From NCBI GenBank assembly GCA_000002445.1, contig CM000207.1, positions 1,984,001-2,048,000 on the forward strand: a stretch of DNA of 64,000 nucleotides, given 5' to 3'. Made by a program: the position numbers and the translations under genes. Numbering within the stretch: the first letter of the stretch is position 1; the number at the start of each line of letters is the position of its first letter. Source of the stretch: Trypanosoma brucei (lineage: Eukaryota). This document shows, piece after piece, positions 63,532 to 64,000 of this stretch. The notes beneath the pieces are model-generated. The model searched no databases and had not been told where the DNA came from. It worked only from the letters and a program-made list of their open reading frames with translations.

Positions 63532-64000
63532 CTTCTCTAGCTCTGCGATAGTCGGGGGAACATTTTTGATTTCCTCTGGAACATAGAGAGGTTTAGACAG
63601 CAGTGCTTTTTCTCTGTAGGAAAATCGTGAGAGAACGGACACAAACTCCTTCCGCGGTAAACACTTAAGTTACTTCCCAGAGAAATACTTCGTGAAAGTA
63701 GGTGCCGCATAACATGCGCTGGTCTTTGCATACGGTGACTATCCCCGCCTCTCTGCGCGTTGAAAGCGTGCCAGTAGGAGCGGAGGAACCCTACTGAACA
63801 GGAAACCTTGTTGATTATACCGACGCATTGTCGCTTCCCCGCTCTTCTCGCTTGCCTTGCACCTTCTTTTTATCCAAACAAAAGTGTGAACACAATCACC
63901 GCTGTGTTAATGAATATCAGTGGCCATCGCATAAGCGTGCGCACGCTGCTCAGTAATGCGGCAATGCTTTCTCTGAAGGGTCGCTGCCGAGGCACTCCCG

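Noticed and set aside
1-64000. A prokaryotic operon, defence island or CRISPR array, suggested by the GTG/TTG starts in the ORF track.
   Set aside because: Eukaryotic-type tRNA-Gly. Unidirectional arrays of long intron-less genes separated by polypyrimidine-rich spacers. Protein repertoire of SNARE, KCTD, ankyrin, HSBP1, CPR and RING E3. No Shine-Dalgarno-spaced operon or repeat-spacer array. The non-ATG starts are artefacts of the ORF caller.
1-64000. A spliced-leader RNA gene, rRNA, or telomeric (TTAGGG)n repeats.
   Set aside because: I scanned for SL-like sequence, rRNA-like conserved blocks and TTAGGG/CCCTAA arrays and found none.

Overview
This window is eukaryotic and trypanosomatid-like, most consistent with an African-trypanosome type genome; it is not prokaryotic. 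Long intron-less genes lie head-to-tail on one strand. AT-rich intergenic spacers carry polypyrimidine tracts and (TA)n, (GT)n, (GTT)n and homopolymer repeats. No rRNA, CRISPR array or spliced-leader gene was found. The supplied ORF track often opens ORFs on GTG/TTG, so I re-anchored starts to the first in-frame ATG wherever the called start was not ATG.

Layout: about 21 co-directional plus-strand genes run from 1 to 45.8 kb. A long convergent strand-switch region follows (about 45.8 to 51.5 kb). It carries a retroposon 5'-signature remnant, degenerate pol-like pseudo-ORFs and frameshifted coding-like sequence. The minus-strand gene array covers about 51.5 to 63.6 kb. A single tRNA-Gly(GCC) sits on the plus strand inside that array at 52843..52913.

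Products recognised from motifs in the translations:
- cysteine desulfurase / selenocysteine lyase-family PLP enzyme
- MFS transporter
- alpha/beta hydrolase (GHSxG)
- EngB/YihA-like GTPase with long extensions
- syntaxin-5-like Qa-SNARE
- KCTD-type BTB protein
- HSBP1
- ankyrin-repeat protein
- FCP1/NIF-type HAD phosphatase
- NADPH-cytochrome P450 reductase
- two-RRM RNA-binding protein
- CS-domain co-chaperone-like protein with a Cdc37-like N-terminus
- multi-RING E3 ligase
- probable LEO1 (Paf1 complex) homologue

Many of the other genes are lineage-specific hypotheticals. No single compact undescribed system stands out. The most unusual locus is the oversized convergent strand-switch region with mobile-element relics, together with the opposite-strand tRNA and an adjacent orphan acidic secreted/GPI-signal protein gene. 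Product calls rest on motif recognition by eye; no database search or computation was run.
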